Origin: Planctomycetota bacterium
GTDB taxonomy: Bacteria; Planctomycetota; UBA8108; SXIK01
Direction of reading: 5' to 3'
Length of the DNA: 64,000 bases
NCBI GenBank assembly: GCA_965223845.1
Contig: CBDCXR010000004.1
Location: 4,864,001 to 4,928,000 of the forward strand
Numbering within the stretch: position 1 is the first letter of the stretch; each line of letters starts with the position of its first letter. The notes under the pieces are model-generated. The model searched no databases. It saw only the letters and a list, made by a program, of their open reading frames with translations, and was not told where the DNA came from. Shown here piece after piece: positions 19,726-28,723 of the stretch. The position numbers and the translations under genes were made by a program.

Positions 19726-19753
19726 AGTTTACGCAAACATCTCCGATTGTCAA
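19726..19753 (-). promoter_or_regulatory. Sigma70-type promoter for the small-ORF operon
   Basis: Minus strand TTGACA (19753-19748), 16-nt spacer, TAAACT (19731-19726). Confidence 0.6.
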
Positions 19754-20733
19754 GACTCTTTCGACTCACGAGCCGAACGCCAGGGATGCGGCGCGCTGAT
19801 CGGGAAGATGCGCGAGTAGTTCGACGCGCCGGCGTCGCTTTTCGGTGACGGGACGTAGGGGTTGCGAAGAAGCGATCGATACGGAAGCGGCGCAGCGAAG
19901 TACGCGTGATTGCTTCCCGTGATGAGGAATCGGTCGCCGAAGTCGGTGAACCCGATGCCGAAGGTTCCGCTCCCGGCGGTTACCGGTTCGAGCGCACTTC
20001 CGTCGGGCCGGATGCGGAAGTCGCTGCTCCCGAGCGAGACGGGCGTCCCAAGCTCGGGCCCTCGGATGGTGCCGCCGTGACCGCGCGCGATGTAAATCCA
20101 ATTGTCGAGCCCCCAACGCGGAGAGTTGATTCCGCGTTCGAGCGGACCGAGACCAAAGCCGGAGAACATCGTCTCGCGCACCTCGGCGACATCGTCACCG
20201 TCGCGATCGGCGAGGAAGACGATGTCCGGCGCGCAAGTCACGATGAGTCCGCCGCGGGCCGGAAGAATCCCGTAGCAGGGCGGGAGTCGATCGGCCCAAA
20301 CGTGCGCTCGGTCCATGCGGCCGTCGCCGTCGGTGTCCTCGAGTCGCTTCACCGTCCCATAGGTATCTTTCGCCGCGGCCTTCTTCGCTTCGGGCGGAGC
20401 CTGAATCCGCCGTACGGTGCGGTCGAGCTCTCCCGTCTTATTGAGCTCCTCGACATCGAGATGCCCCTCGAGGTTGTAACCGTGGAGCTCGCACACGAAG
20501 AGTCGACCGTTTTCGTCCCACGCAACGCCCGTCGGGTCCGCGATGAGGGGCTCGCTAGCGACGAGATCGATCTCGAAGCCGTCCTTGAGCCGGAAGAACT
20601 CTCGGCTCTTCTCGGGCGACGAAGGCTGAGGAGCGTCCGCTGCCCGTTCGATCTGTGCGGGGAGACGATGCCCCGGGCCGAACGCGATCGCAGCCGCGAT
20701 TGCGACCGAGGCGAAACAACGGCGAGTCGTCAT
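19750..20733 (-). pseudogene. Truncated 5' duplicate of the 14092-17721 gene with a different signal peptide (327 codons)
   Basis: MTTRRCFASVAIAAAIAFGPG, then sequence matching the intact gene up to ...APHPWR, then SARESKES-stop. Lacks the HEAT-like and heme domains. Confidence 0.85.
19778..20672. repeat. 895-bp direct repeat, copy 2
   Basis: Near-identical to 16766-17660. Confidence 0.95.
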
Positions 20734-21032
20734 GGAGAAAATCGATCCGTTCCAGGGCTGAATCGAGGACCCACGGCTCGGACGAACCCGTCCGCGAGTC
20801 GCGAACAGCGCCAGTGGCACCTGCGACCGGAGATTAAGGATCGACGCCGGGCGCGCGTAGACGAGTCGCCCGTCGCTTTCTCCGGCGCCGCAGAGTTCGT
20901 CCACCTCCTTGAAGGCGGTGACTGGGTCGCCTCTAGGCTTCGAGTGCGACCGAATGCATCGTAGCACGCGCCGGATCGACGAACACGCGAGACGAACGAG
21001 CCGCACGGGTTCGGAAGAGACCACTCGAATCG

Positions 21033-22106
21033 TCAACCAGCCGGTCGACGTCCTGCGACGAGCCTGATTCCGCACCCGACGACGATGATCACCAGAAGCG
21101 TGAGCGCCCCCGGGGTCAACGCGGGAACTCGGCGATCTGCCGCTTCCGCCGGCACGAGCGCGTCGTGGGCGTCCGTCGTACTGAAACCCTGGCTCGGAGC
21201 GCCGCCCGGAATGTGGATGCGGATGCCGACGACCGCCGCGCCGATTCCGTGGCGCGGGTTGGGCATCGGGGCGCGCTCCTCCCATTCGTCCTTCGCGGGG
21301 TCGTACACCTCGACTTCGGAGAAGATGCCGCGGGCGTTCTCCGGATTGCCCTCCCCGCCGAACACGAACATCTTTCCCGCGAACGCGGCTGCGGCGATGC
21401 CGGCTCGCTTTGTCGGAAGCGGAGCGAGCTCCGTCCACTCTCCCGTCGTGGGATTGAAACTCTCTAGCGCGCCGCCGGAGAGCGCACCCGCACGCCCTCC
21501 CGCGGCGTAGATGATTCCGCCGATCGCGACGGCCGCCAGGTGATTGCGAGCCGTCGGCATCTCGGTGAGCACCTCCCAGGCATCGACCGCAGGATCGTAC
21601 ACTTCGAGATCCGCGAAGCTCAGCGCTCCGCTCTGTCCTCCGGCGGCGTAGATCTTGCCGCCCGCAGTAGCAACCCCCATGGCGCCACGCGCGCGATTCA
21701 GCGAAGCGACCGGCTCCCACTCTCCGGACTCAGGCGAAAACGCGAACACCGTATCCACACCGCGGAAGGTGCTGTTCAGTCCCCCGATCGCGTACACCCG
21801 CCCCGCCGCCGACGCGGCCCCGACGTGATGGAGCCGAACGTCGTCGGGGAGCGGCGCGATCACTTCCCATTCGTTCGTTCGGACGCTGAAACGTTCGACC
21901 GCACCTACCGCAGCTCGGTTTTCCGCGATTCCGCCGATCACGTAGATTTCGCCATCGAGCTCGGCGACGCCGACTTCCTGGCGCGGCTCCGGGAGGGGCG
22001 GCAGATCGACCCAGTCGTCGGTCGTTCCCCGGCTCGGTACTCCGATCCAGCCGATCAAGAGTGCTGCGCAAAACCCGACACGAGCAGACGTAGGTTCATC
22101 GAGCAT
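21033..22106 (-). CDS. Secreted Kelch-repeat protein with an IPTL-CTERM-like C-terminal sorting segment
   Basis: Six Kelch repeats (IYVIGG, VYAIGG, IYAAGG twice, MFVFGG, IHIPGG). C-terminus VPALTPGALTLLVIIVVGCGIRLVAGRR. Confidence 0.85.
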   Translation of the reverse strand: MLDEPTSARVGFCAALLIGWIGVPSRGTTDDWVDLPPLPEPRQEVGVAELDGEIYVIGGIAENRAAVGAVERFSVRTNEWEVIAPLPDDVRLHHVGAASAAGRVYAIGGLNSTFRGVDTVFAFSPESGEWEPVASLNRARGAMGVATAGGKIYAAGGQSGALSFADLEVYDPAVDAWEVLTEMPTARNHLAAVAIGGIIYAAGGRAGALSGGALESFNPTTGEWTELAPLPTKRAGIAAAAFAGKMFVFGGEGNPENARGIFSEVEVYDPAKDEWEERAPMPNPRHGIGAAVVGIRIHIPGGAPSQGFSTTDAHDALVPAEAADRRVPALTPGALTLLVIIVVGCGIRLVAGRRPAG

Positions 22107-22716
22107 CGGAATCCCGCCTTCTCTAGTCGCAGATTGTCCTCGAGCGCTCGGGGAGACGAATCGAAGCGCGCGCGGGAAGCGGCCGCATCGTTCGACTCAC
22201 GTCGACTCTCCGGCCGCGGATTCGCCTGGCTCGACTTTCAACGCCTGAGTTTCGCGAGTCAAGTTTCGTTCGGACGGAGATCGCGAAGAATTCATCCGCA
22301 GCCCGGTACGTTCGGCCGCCATGAACGCAAACATCATTCGCGCGGCTTACTTCGATCGTTCGGAGAGCAGGTGCGAAGGAACTAGGACCATGAGCTGATC
22401 GATGCCGACGCGACGGCGTGGTGCGCTGAGATCAACCCCGTTCTCGAGTCGGTCGAGGCCGCGACCGATGGCGAGAGAGTTCGGACCGGGCGTCCGGGAC
22501 TCGAGAAGCGGGTCTCCCAGGTGTCGATCGGTACACAACCCGTTTCACCCGTCCGCGGCCTGCTCTTACCGCGTAAGATCGACGTCGCGCTGCGACTGCG
22601 AGCGCGCGTCACGTGGAGGAGTTCATGTGCCGCGACGGGAAAGGGTCGTCATCAGCGGTGACTTGAGCGTCACGAAATTCCTAACGCCAACGGGTTCAAA
22701 AGGGTTCGAGGTCGCA

Positions 22717-23331
22717 ATGGCAGCCACGCGGGTACAGGCCATATTCGCAAGCGAGGCGCCGGTTGGATTGGTATTTTGTCGCGGGCCGAGTGACTGGTGG
22801 CAGCTCTTTCTGTGGAAGACTCGTCGCGACGAATTCGAAGCGGGGGCATGGTTTCGTGGGGTGCTTCGACCTCAACTCTGTGACTTGTCCTCCGACGGCA
22901 AACTCTTCGTTTACGCAGCGACCAAATTCCGGCGAAGTAAGGGGGAGCCGCCACGAAGCTGGACGGCCGTAAGCCGACCGCCGTGGATCAGCCCTCTCGT
23001 CGCGTGGGAGAACTGCGGATCGTGGACGGGAGGAGGAAAGTTCACTTCGAATCGTCGACTGCTCGTCGACGCCGAAGGTCCCGTCCAGCGAGGTTCCGTC
23101 GGCTGCCTCGAGGTCGAGTACGGCGACGCCCCGATGCATCAGCCGCGAAATCCCGCCGCCGCGACCGAAGACGGTGCGGACTGGATCAGCCGGGATCCCA
23201 GTGACTCGATCGTGTTCTCTCGCGGCGGCGCTCTCTACCGCCGGAGCTCGATCGGGGTAAGACTCATCCGCGAGTTCCCGGAGAAGATCCCCGACCCCAG
23301 GCCCCCTCCAAGTCATGCGACTCACTGGTAG
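22717..23331 (+). CDS. Hypothetical protein
   Basis: Protein-like Trp-rich sequence from MAATRVQAIFAS (RGPSDWW, CDLSSDGKLFVY, WTAVSRPPW). Confidence 0.6.
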   Translation: MAATRVQAIFASEAPVGLVFCRGPSDWWQLFLWKTRRDEFEAGAWFRGVLRPQLCDLSSDGKLFVYAATKFRRSKGEPPRSWTAVSRPPWISPLVAWENCGSWTGGGKFTSNRRLLVDAEGPVQRGSVGCLEVEYGDAPMHQPRNPAAATEDGADWISRDPSDSIVFSRGGALYRRSSIGVRLIREFPEKIPDPRPPPSHATHW

Positions 23332-23673
23332 CACCGCCGAAACATCATCTTGTCCCCCATCGTTTGTCGGTGGGCTGAGACCGCAGAGAGAGACTCGTAC
23401 GAGATTCGATGGACGCGCGGTTCTCACCCGGATCGATCCGGCCTGAGGGACTCTACTCATTTTCTGAAGGCCCGGCTGAGACGCCCCTGTTTCCCCATGA
23501 GCACCCGAGCCTGACGCTCCAATTTCCGCGCGGCAACCGGTGCCAGCCGGCACAATGATGAGACCGAAGTCTCGCTCTCATACCCGAAGCCATCGGAGTC
23601 CAGGCCCCGCTTTTCTTCTGACCTGAGAGGAGTGAGTGCGTCTTCCGGTGGTTAGCTCGAACTCAGCCACCTG

Positions 23674-24198
23674 ATGTTTCTCTGCCCCACCTGCGGCACC
23701 GAGTTGCGGCGAACGACCTACGAATCCGTGCCGCTGTTCGCCTGCGAGCGCTGCCGCGGTCATCTCATCTGCGAAGCCCGCCTCGACTCGATCCGCGAGG
23801 AGCGACGGTACGACGAAGCCGAGCTTCGGCGGCAGGCCGTGCACGAGTCGTCCGCGGAGCGGCAGAATCCGCTCCAGTGTCCCGCGTGCTGCTCGCAAAT
23901 GGACCGCCAGCACGTCTTGGACGTGATCGAGATCGATGTCTGCCTCGCGTGCGATCGGGTGTGGCTCGACGCGGGCGAAATCGCCCTTCTCCAGCTCGCC
24001 CACGAAGCATCGACCGGCGCACAGAGCGAGCGAGAAGCTCGCGCTCGCTTCGCGCGGCTCGTCCCGGACCCGAACCGCCGCGCGCGGTTAGAGGAGAACG
24101 TGTCGCGTTCCGAACCATCGGGCGTTCTCGACGCCGTCGGGGAGGTCTCATCGACGGTCGTGTCGCTCGCCCTCGAATTCCTGTTCGCGCACTGGTAA
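23674..24198 (+). CDS. Double zinc-ribbon (zf-TFIIB-like) protein
   Basis: CPTC...CERC and CPAC...IDVCLACDRVWLDAGEI. Confidence 0.75.
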   Translation: MFLCPTCGTELRRTTYESVPLFACERCRGHLICEARLDSIREERRYDEAELRRQAVHESSAERQNPLQCPACCSQMDRQHVLDVIEIDVCLACDRVWLDAGEIALLQLAHEASTGAQSEREARARFARLVPDPNRRARLEENVSRSEPSGVLDAVGEVSSTVVSLALEFLFAHW

Positions 24199-24302
24199 AT
24201 CGAGGATCCTCCGCGACGGCCACTATCGATCGTCGCTCGCGCCACGGAATCGCGCGATTCGATCGTCCGACGCAAGCGTCGCGGAGGATCTTCACAGAGT
24301 CT

Positions 24303-25697
24303 CTACCCGAGCCTTCCGGGAGCACGATCCGCCTGAGCGGCTTCGCTCGCGCCGAGGATCGCACGATTGAGCGCCCCGCCACCGACGACGAGCTCTTCGA
24401 TCGCGAGCTCGACATCCCTCTCGATCAGCTCAGTGGACTCAGCGTCTCTCTCGAGCTGGTACTGGGCGGCACGGCGCATCAGCTCCTTAATCAACGCTCC
24501 ACTCACGTTCTCGACTCGCGTCGCGGTGTGGCGAACGAGCTCGTCCGAGACGGAGAGACCCGAGGCGTACATGCGAATCAGCCTTGCTCGGCCTTCTTCG
24601 TCCGGGTACGGAAACTCGATGGCCTGATCGATCCGCCCCGGCCTCGACGCGAGCGCTCGCTCGAGAACCTCGGGACGATTGGTGGTCAGGATGAAGAGGA
24701 CGTCGGAATCGGGCTTGAGTCCGTCCATTTCGTTGAGGAGCTGGTGGAGAACCGACACCGAATTTCTATCTCGTCTCCACGCACGATCCTCGCCGACGAG
24801 GTCGACGTCCTCGATGACGACGACGCTCGGCCGGAGCAGCCGAGCCAGCGTCATGTACTCGGGAAGACGTCCCATCTCGTCGGCCGCGACGAGGAACGTC
24901 GTGTAACCCTCGAGCACCGATGCGAGATAGCGAACCGTGTGCGTCTTCCCGGTGCCGGGAGGTCCGTAGAAGAGGAGACCCTTCTTCGTCGACAGACGTC
25001 GCTCGGCGAGTTGACGCCGCGTCGCAGCGAACCGAACGACGTTCCGCTCGAGCAGCTCGAGCGTCCGGCGAGGGAAGACCACTTCGTCGCGCGCGACGGG
25101 AGGCAGCCGATGGACCGAAACACCGGTCGAAGTGCCTCCGTACGGCGTTCTAGGCTCGAGCGAGAGAACTTTCCCGCGATAGGAATCCGATCTCGCGACG
25201 GCACGTCCGAGGCGCCGGAAGAACTCCCGGGTGATTCGCACCCCCGCTTCGCTATTCGGTGCGACAAGCTGGAATTTCACCGGTCCGCACTGATGATCGC
25301 GCTTGGAAAGAAGAAGCAGACCGAACGACACGCCGTCGTGCTCAAGGAGCCACAGCCCTCGCTCGAGGCAGCGAACCGGCTGGTCCTCCCCGATGTCGAT
25401 CTCTTCGTATTCGGGAGGGATCACGTACACCCGTTCGTCATCTGGGCCGAAAGCGAGAAGACTCGAGAACGTCACCTCGCGGTGGTCCCACTGGGAGCGA
25501 AACGCCGTGAAGTACGACACCTCGTACTCCGTCTCGACCACACGATCGATAAAACGCTGAAGATCCGCACGAATGCGTCGAGGATAGCTCCTCTCGGTGA
25601 TGGCGAGATCGTTCGGCGTATTCACACCGAAGTAGCCGAGGACGAAGGAAGACAGGGTGCTCCGAGCTTCTTGAGTGTTCTGAGATTCTGTAGTCAT
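24303..25697 (-). CDS. Classical-clade AAA+ ATPase with an uncharacterised N-terminal domain
   Basis: Walker A GPPGTGKT, Walker B VVVIEDVD, LLNEMDG and second region of homology TTNRPEVLERALASRPGRID. Confidence 0.9.
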   Translation of the reverse strand: MTTESQNTQEARSTLSSFVLGYFGVNTPNDLAITERSYPRRIRADLQRFIDRVVETEYEVSYFTAFRSQWDHREVTFSSLLAFGPDDERVYVIPPEYEEIDIGEDQPVRCLERGLWLLEHDGVSFGLLLLSKRDHQCGPVKFQLVAPNSEAGVRITREFFRRLGRAVARSDSYRGKVLSLEPRTPYGGTSTGVSVHRLPPVARDEVVFPRRTLELLERNVVRFAATRRQLAERRLSTKKGLLFYGPPGTGKTHTVRYLASVLEGYTTFLVAADEMGRLPEYMTLARLLRPSVVVIEDVDLVGEDRAWRRDRNSVSVLHQLLNEMDGLKPDSDVLFILTTNRPEVLERALASRPGRIDQAIEFPYPDEEGRARLIRMYASGLSVSDELVRHTATRVENVSGALIKELMRRAAQYQLERDAESTELIERDVELAIEELVVGGGALNRAILGASEAAQADRAPGRLG

Positions 25698-26151
25698 GAG
25701 TCGCGCGAGATCGGTGCTCGCGATCGAAAGACAGGAAAACTAGTCATGTCCGAACATGGGTCCGACGGTCGCCGTGGCGGAGGCCCTCGCGCCCGCGGGA
25801 ACGCTCGAGGTCCTCCGGCCGATCGATCGACGCTCGCCGACGTCGGGCGAGAGTTAGGTTCGCCGTCGAGACCCCCGGGGACAGCCCCGTCCACCTGCAC
25901 GTCGACGCAGAGATACTCGAGACGCTCTTTCTCGAGACCTTGTTCCTCAAGACGATCCGGCGGACCGAACCCCGTCCTGAGGAGGAGCGCTTCTTCGTTT
26001 GAATCAAGCGTCGGAGCCGATGAATCGACTCGAAATACGAGAAGCGATGTGCTTGCTGGTCGACGAGCGGATGATTTTCCGTCGCTCGCGGAGGGTCGTC
26101 AACCACTCGCTCAGATAAACTGACGCCGTTCGTCCTCGCCGGAGCTCCGCT

Positions 26152-27783
26152 GTGTCCGCCATCGACTGGCTCATCGTCGCCGCCGTCAACCTTCTCGTCA
26201 TCGGCTACGGGTGGTATCTCGCACGCGGCACGCGGACGAGCAGCGAGTGGTTTCTCGCACGGCGGGCGCTCCCGTGGTGGGCGGTCGGGATGTCGATGTT
26301 CGCCACGAACCTCGACAACGCCGACCTCGTCTCGATCGCTGGGCTCACCTACGACGAAGGCCTGCACGTCCTCACCGTGCACACCGTCGGGAGTGTCGTC
26401 GGCGGTGTGCTCGCAGCGTTCCTTCTCGTGCCGGCGATCCACCGGCTTCGCGTGTACACGAACGCGGAGTACCTCGAGGCCCGCTTCGGCGTGTCGGTGC
26501 GCGTCCTCAGCGCGCTCATTCAGATCCAGTACCGATCGAGCATGCTCGGGCTCATGACCTGGTCGGTGTACATCCTTCTCACGAGCCCGCTCGTGGGACT
26601 CGAGAGCAGCGCCGCTTGGAGCGTCCTCGTCGCCATGGTCATCCTTGCGGCGGTCTATACGGCGTGGGGTGGACTGAGGTCGGTTGTCGGCACCGACGCA
26701 CTTCAAGCCGTCGTCCTATTCGCGGCGGCGAGCGTCATCGTCGCCGCGGTGTGGAACGCCGCCGGCGGTTGGGGCGAAATGACCGCGAGTCTCGCCCTGA
26801 TCGATGCAGAGCATCTCCCCCGCGTCAGCGGGTATCGAGGCGACGAAGGGACGACGTCGCCGCTGCTCGTCGCTTTCGGGTGGATCGTGATCGGCGGCGG
26901 ATACTGGACCGTGAACCATACGCAGACGATGCGCCTCGCCGGTTGCCGATCGCTCTGGGACATGAAGATGGCCGCGCTCTTCGGAGTCGCCCTCAGCATG
27001 CCCGTCGTGATCGGCTGCGCGGCGCTCGGCCTCTTCGGTCGCGCGCTCTTTCCCGAGTTCGACAAGCCCGACGATATCTACCCGCACCTCGCGTCGCTGT
27101 ACCTGGGTCCCGGGCTCACCGGAATCGTCGTCGCCGGCATGATCGCGGCTGCCGTGAGCACGTTCGATTCGATGGGTTCGGCGCTCTCCGCCGTGTTTAC
27201 CCGCGATGTGTACGCGCGTCTCTTCGTGCGCGACCGGAGCGACACCCACTACGTGTTCGTGGGTCGCTGCGCCACGATCGGCATCCTCGCGCTCGGCTTC
27301 CTCTATCTGCCGTTCATCATGGCGAAGGAGAAGATGCTCGACGCATACCTGACTCTCATTCCCGTGTTCGTGACGCCACTCTTCGGTCTCTACCTGGCGG
27401 GCATGTTCACGAAGGCACACCGACGAAGCGGCCTCCCGGGGCTCGTCGCCGGTTCGGTCTACGGCGTCGTCGCCCTGTGGGACCGCGAAGTCGCCAATCT
27501 CGCATTTCTCCCGGATTGGTTCACCGAACGCTGGGCGGCGTTCGCGTGGTCTCTCTTCTTCACCGGGATCGCGATGGCGGCCGCCACGATCCTCGCGAAG
27601 AGCGCGCCCGAGGACGCTTCCGCGCCGTCTGCGAGTGAGTGGCTCGCCCGGAGCCGCCGCGACATGGCTCCGCCGCGCGAGCACCCGTTCCGCGACGCCG
27701 TCCCCCTCCTTCTGCAGCCGTGGATCTGGGCGACGATTCTCGTCCTCGTCGCGTCCTCCCTCGTCTTCGTCCTCCTCTGGTGA
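26152..27783 (+). CDS. Sodium:solute symporter (SSS) family transporter
   Basis: FLARRALPWWAVGMSMFATN, EYLEARFG, YTAWGGLRSVVGTDALQ and AAAVSTFDS; many TM helices. Confidence 0.9.
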   Translation: MSAIDWLIVAAVNLLVIGYGWYLARGTRTSSEWFLARRALPWWAVGMSMFATNLDNADLVSIAGLTYDEGLHVLTVHTVGSVVGGVLAAFLLVPAIHRLRVYTNAEYLEARFGVSVRVLSALIQIQYRSSMLGLMTWSVYILLTSPLVGLESSAAWSVLVAMVILAAVYTAWGGLRSVVGTDALQAVVLFAAASVIVAAVWNAAGGWGEMTASLALIDAEHLPRVSGYRGDEGTTSPLLVAFGWIVIGGGYWTVNHTQTMRLAGCRSLWDMKMAALFGVALSMPVVIGCAALGLFGRALFPEFDKPDDIYPHLASLYLGPGLTGIVVAGMIAAAVSTFDSMGSALSAVFTRDVYARLFVRDRSDTHYVFVGRCATIGILALGFLYLPFIMAKEKMLDAYLTLIPVFVTPLFGLYLAGMFTKAHRRSGLPGLVAGSVYGVVALWDREVANLAFLPDWFTERWAAFAWSLFFTGIAMAAATILAKSAPEDASAPSASEWLARSRRDMAPPREHPFRDAVPLLLQPWIWATILVLVASSLVFVLLW

Positions 27784-27844
27784 TCGGTGCGCGAGCCCGA
27801 GTTCGCATTCGAGTTGACTTCCCCCTCCACGAAAGGACCGCCCC

Positions 27845-28717
27845 ATGACCTCCCGCGCCGCGACGGAATACCGCTACGAGAAACTCACCTGGCCGGAGAT
27901 CGGTGATGCCGTCGAGCTCGGCAAGGTCTGCATCGTCCCCTGCGGCGCCGTCGAACAGCACGGACCGCACTTGCCGCTCGACGTCGACATCGTCTGTTCG
28001 ACGGAGGTCGCCCTCGGAGCTGCGCGACGCGTGCCGGAGCGAGCGCTAGTCCTCCCGAGCGTCCAGTACGGTTACACCGGTCACGTCATGGACTTCCCGG
28101 GGACGATCAACAACCACTTCGAGCACTTCATTCACCACGTGCTCGACATCACGAAATCACTCGCCTACCACGGTTTCAAAAAGATCGTGCTCCTCAACGG
28201 TCACGGATCGAACATGCCGAATCTCGATCTCGTGGCTCGCCGGACGAATCTCGAAACCGACGCGGAGTGCGTGCTCGCGGCGTGGTGGAATCTCCTCACC
28301 GTCGACCCCGAGTTCCTCCCGCGCTGGCGCGAGAGCAAGTTTCCGGGCGGCTGCGCGCACGCGTGTGAGCTCGAGACGTCGATGTATCTTCACCTCGATC
28401 CCGAAAATGTGCGGAAGGACAAGATCGAGAGCGGAACGATCTCGTTCAACGAAGAGGAGAGCCCGTTCAGCTACGTCGATCTCTTCGCCCAGGGACCGGC
28501 GACCGTGATCTCGTGGACGAGCAGCTACTCGGAGACCGGCGTCCTCGGCGACGCCGAGCTCGCGACGGCCGAGAAGGGAAAGGAAGCCTACGAGGAGGCC
28601 GTCGCGCAGCTCGCGCGGTTCGTCGAATGGTTTCACGGGCGTCCGAAGGACGAGCGACGCGACCGGCATCGCGGGGCCCCCACGATGCCGATCCCTTGGG
28701 GACAGCGTCCGGTGTAG
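27845..28717 (+). CDS. Creatininase/creatinine amidohydrolase family protein
   Basis: GAVEQHGPHLPLDVD, NGHGSN, HACELETS and GVLGDA; AAAGGA SD. Confidence 0.9.
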   Translation: MTSRAATEYRYEKLTWPEIGDAVELGKVCIVPCGAVEQHGPHLPLDVDIVCSTEVALGAARRVPERALVLPSVQYGYTGHVMDFPGTINNHFEHFIHHVLDITKSLAYHGFKKIVLLNGHGSNMPNLDLVARRTNLETDAECVLAAWWNLLTVDPEFLPRWRESKFPGGCAHACELETSMYLHLDPENVRKDKIESGTISFNEEESPFSYVDLFAQGPATVISWTSSYSETGVLGDAELATAEKGKEAYEEAVAQLARFVEWFHGRPKDERRDRHRGAPTMPIPWGQRPV

Positions 28718-28723
28718 CGGGCC

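Noticed and set aside
17722-19777. IS element or prophage remnant
   Set aside because: No transposase, integrase or phage gene, and I found no terminal inverted repeats or short target duplication.
16766-20733. Diversity-generating retroelement (template/variable repeat pair)
   Set aside because: No reverse transcriptase in the window, the repeat is far longer than a TR/VR, and mismatches in the divergent 60 bp involve all four bases rather than only adenines.
19750-21720. 656-aa ORF as a novel fusion protein
   Set aside because: Its N-terminal half is an off-frame read-through of the Kelch gene and spacer. The real start is the ATG at 20733, which matches the paralogue's start at 17721.
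22402-22716. N-terminal extension of the 309-aa ORF
   Set aside because: Low-complexity Arg/Ser-rich sequence; protein-like composition begins at the ATG at 22717.
23877-26123. 748-aa plus-strand ORF
   Set aside because: Antisense shadow of the AAA+ ATPase; Arg-rich with no motifs.
27845-28717. Mycofactocin or other RiPP cluster (MftE-like peptidase)
   Set aside because: No radical SAM enzyme, precursor peptide or chaperone nearby.
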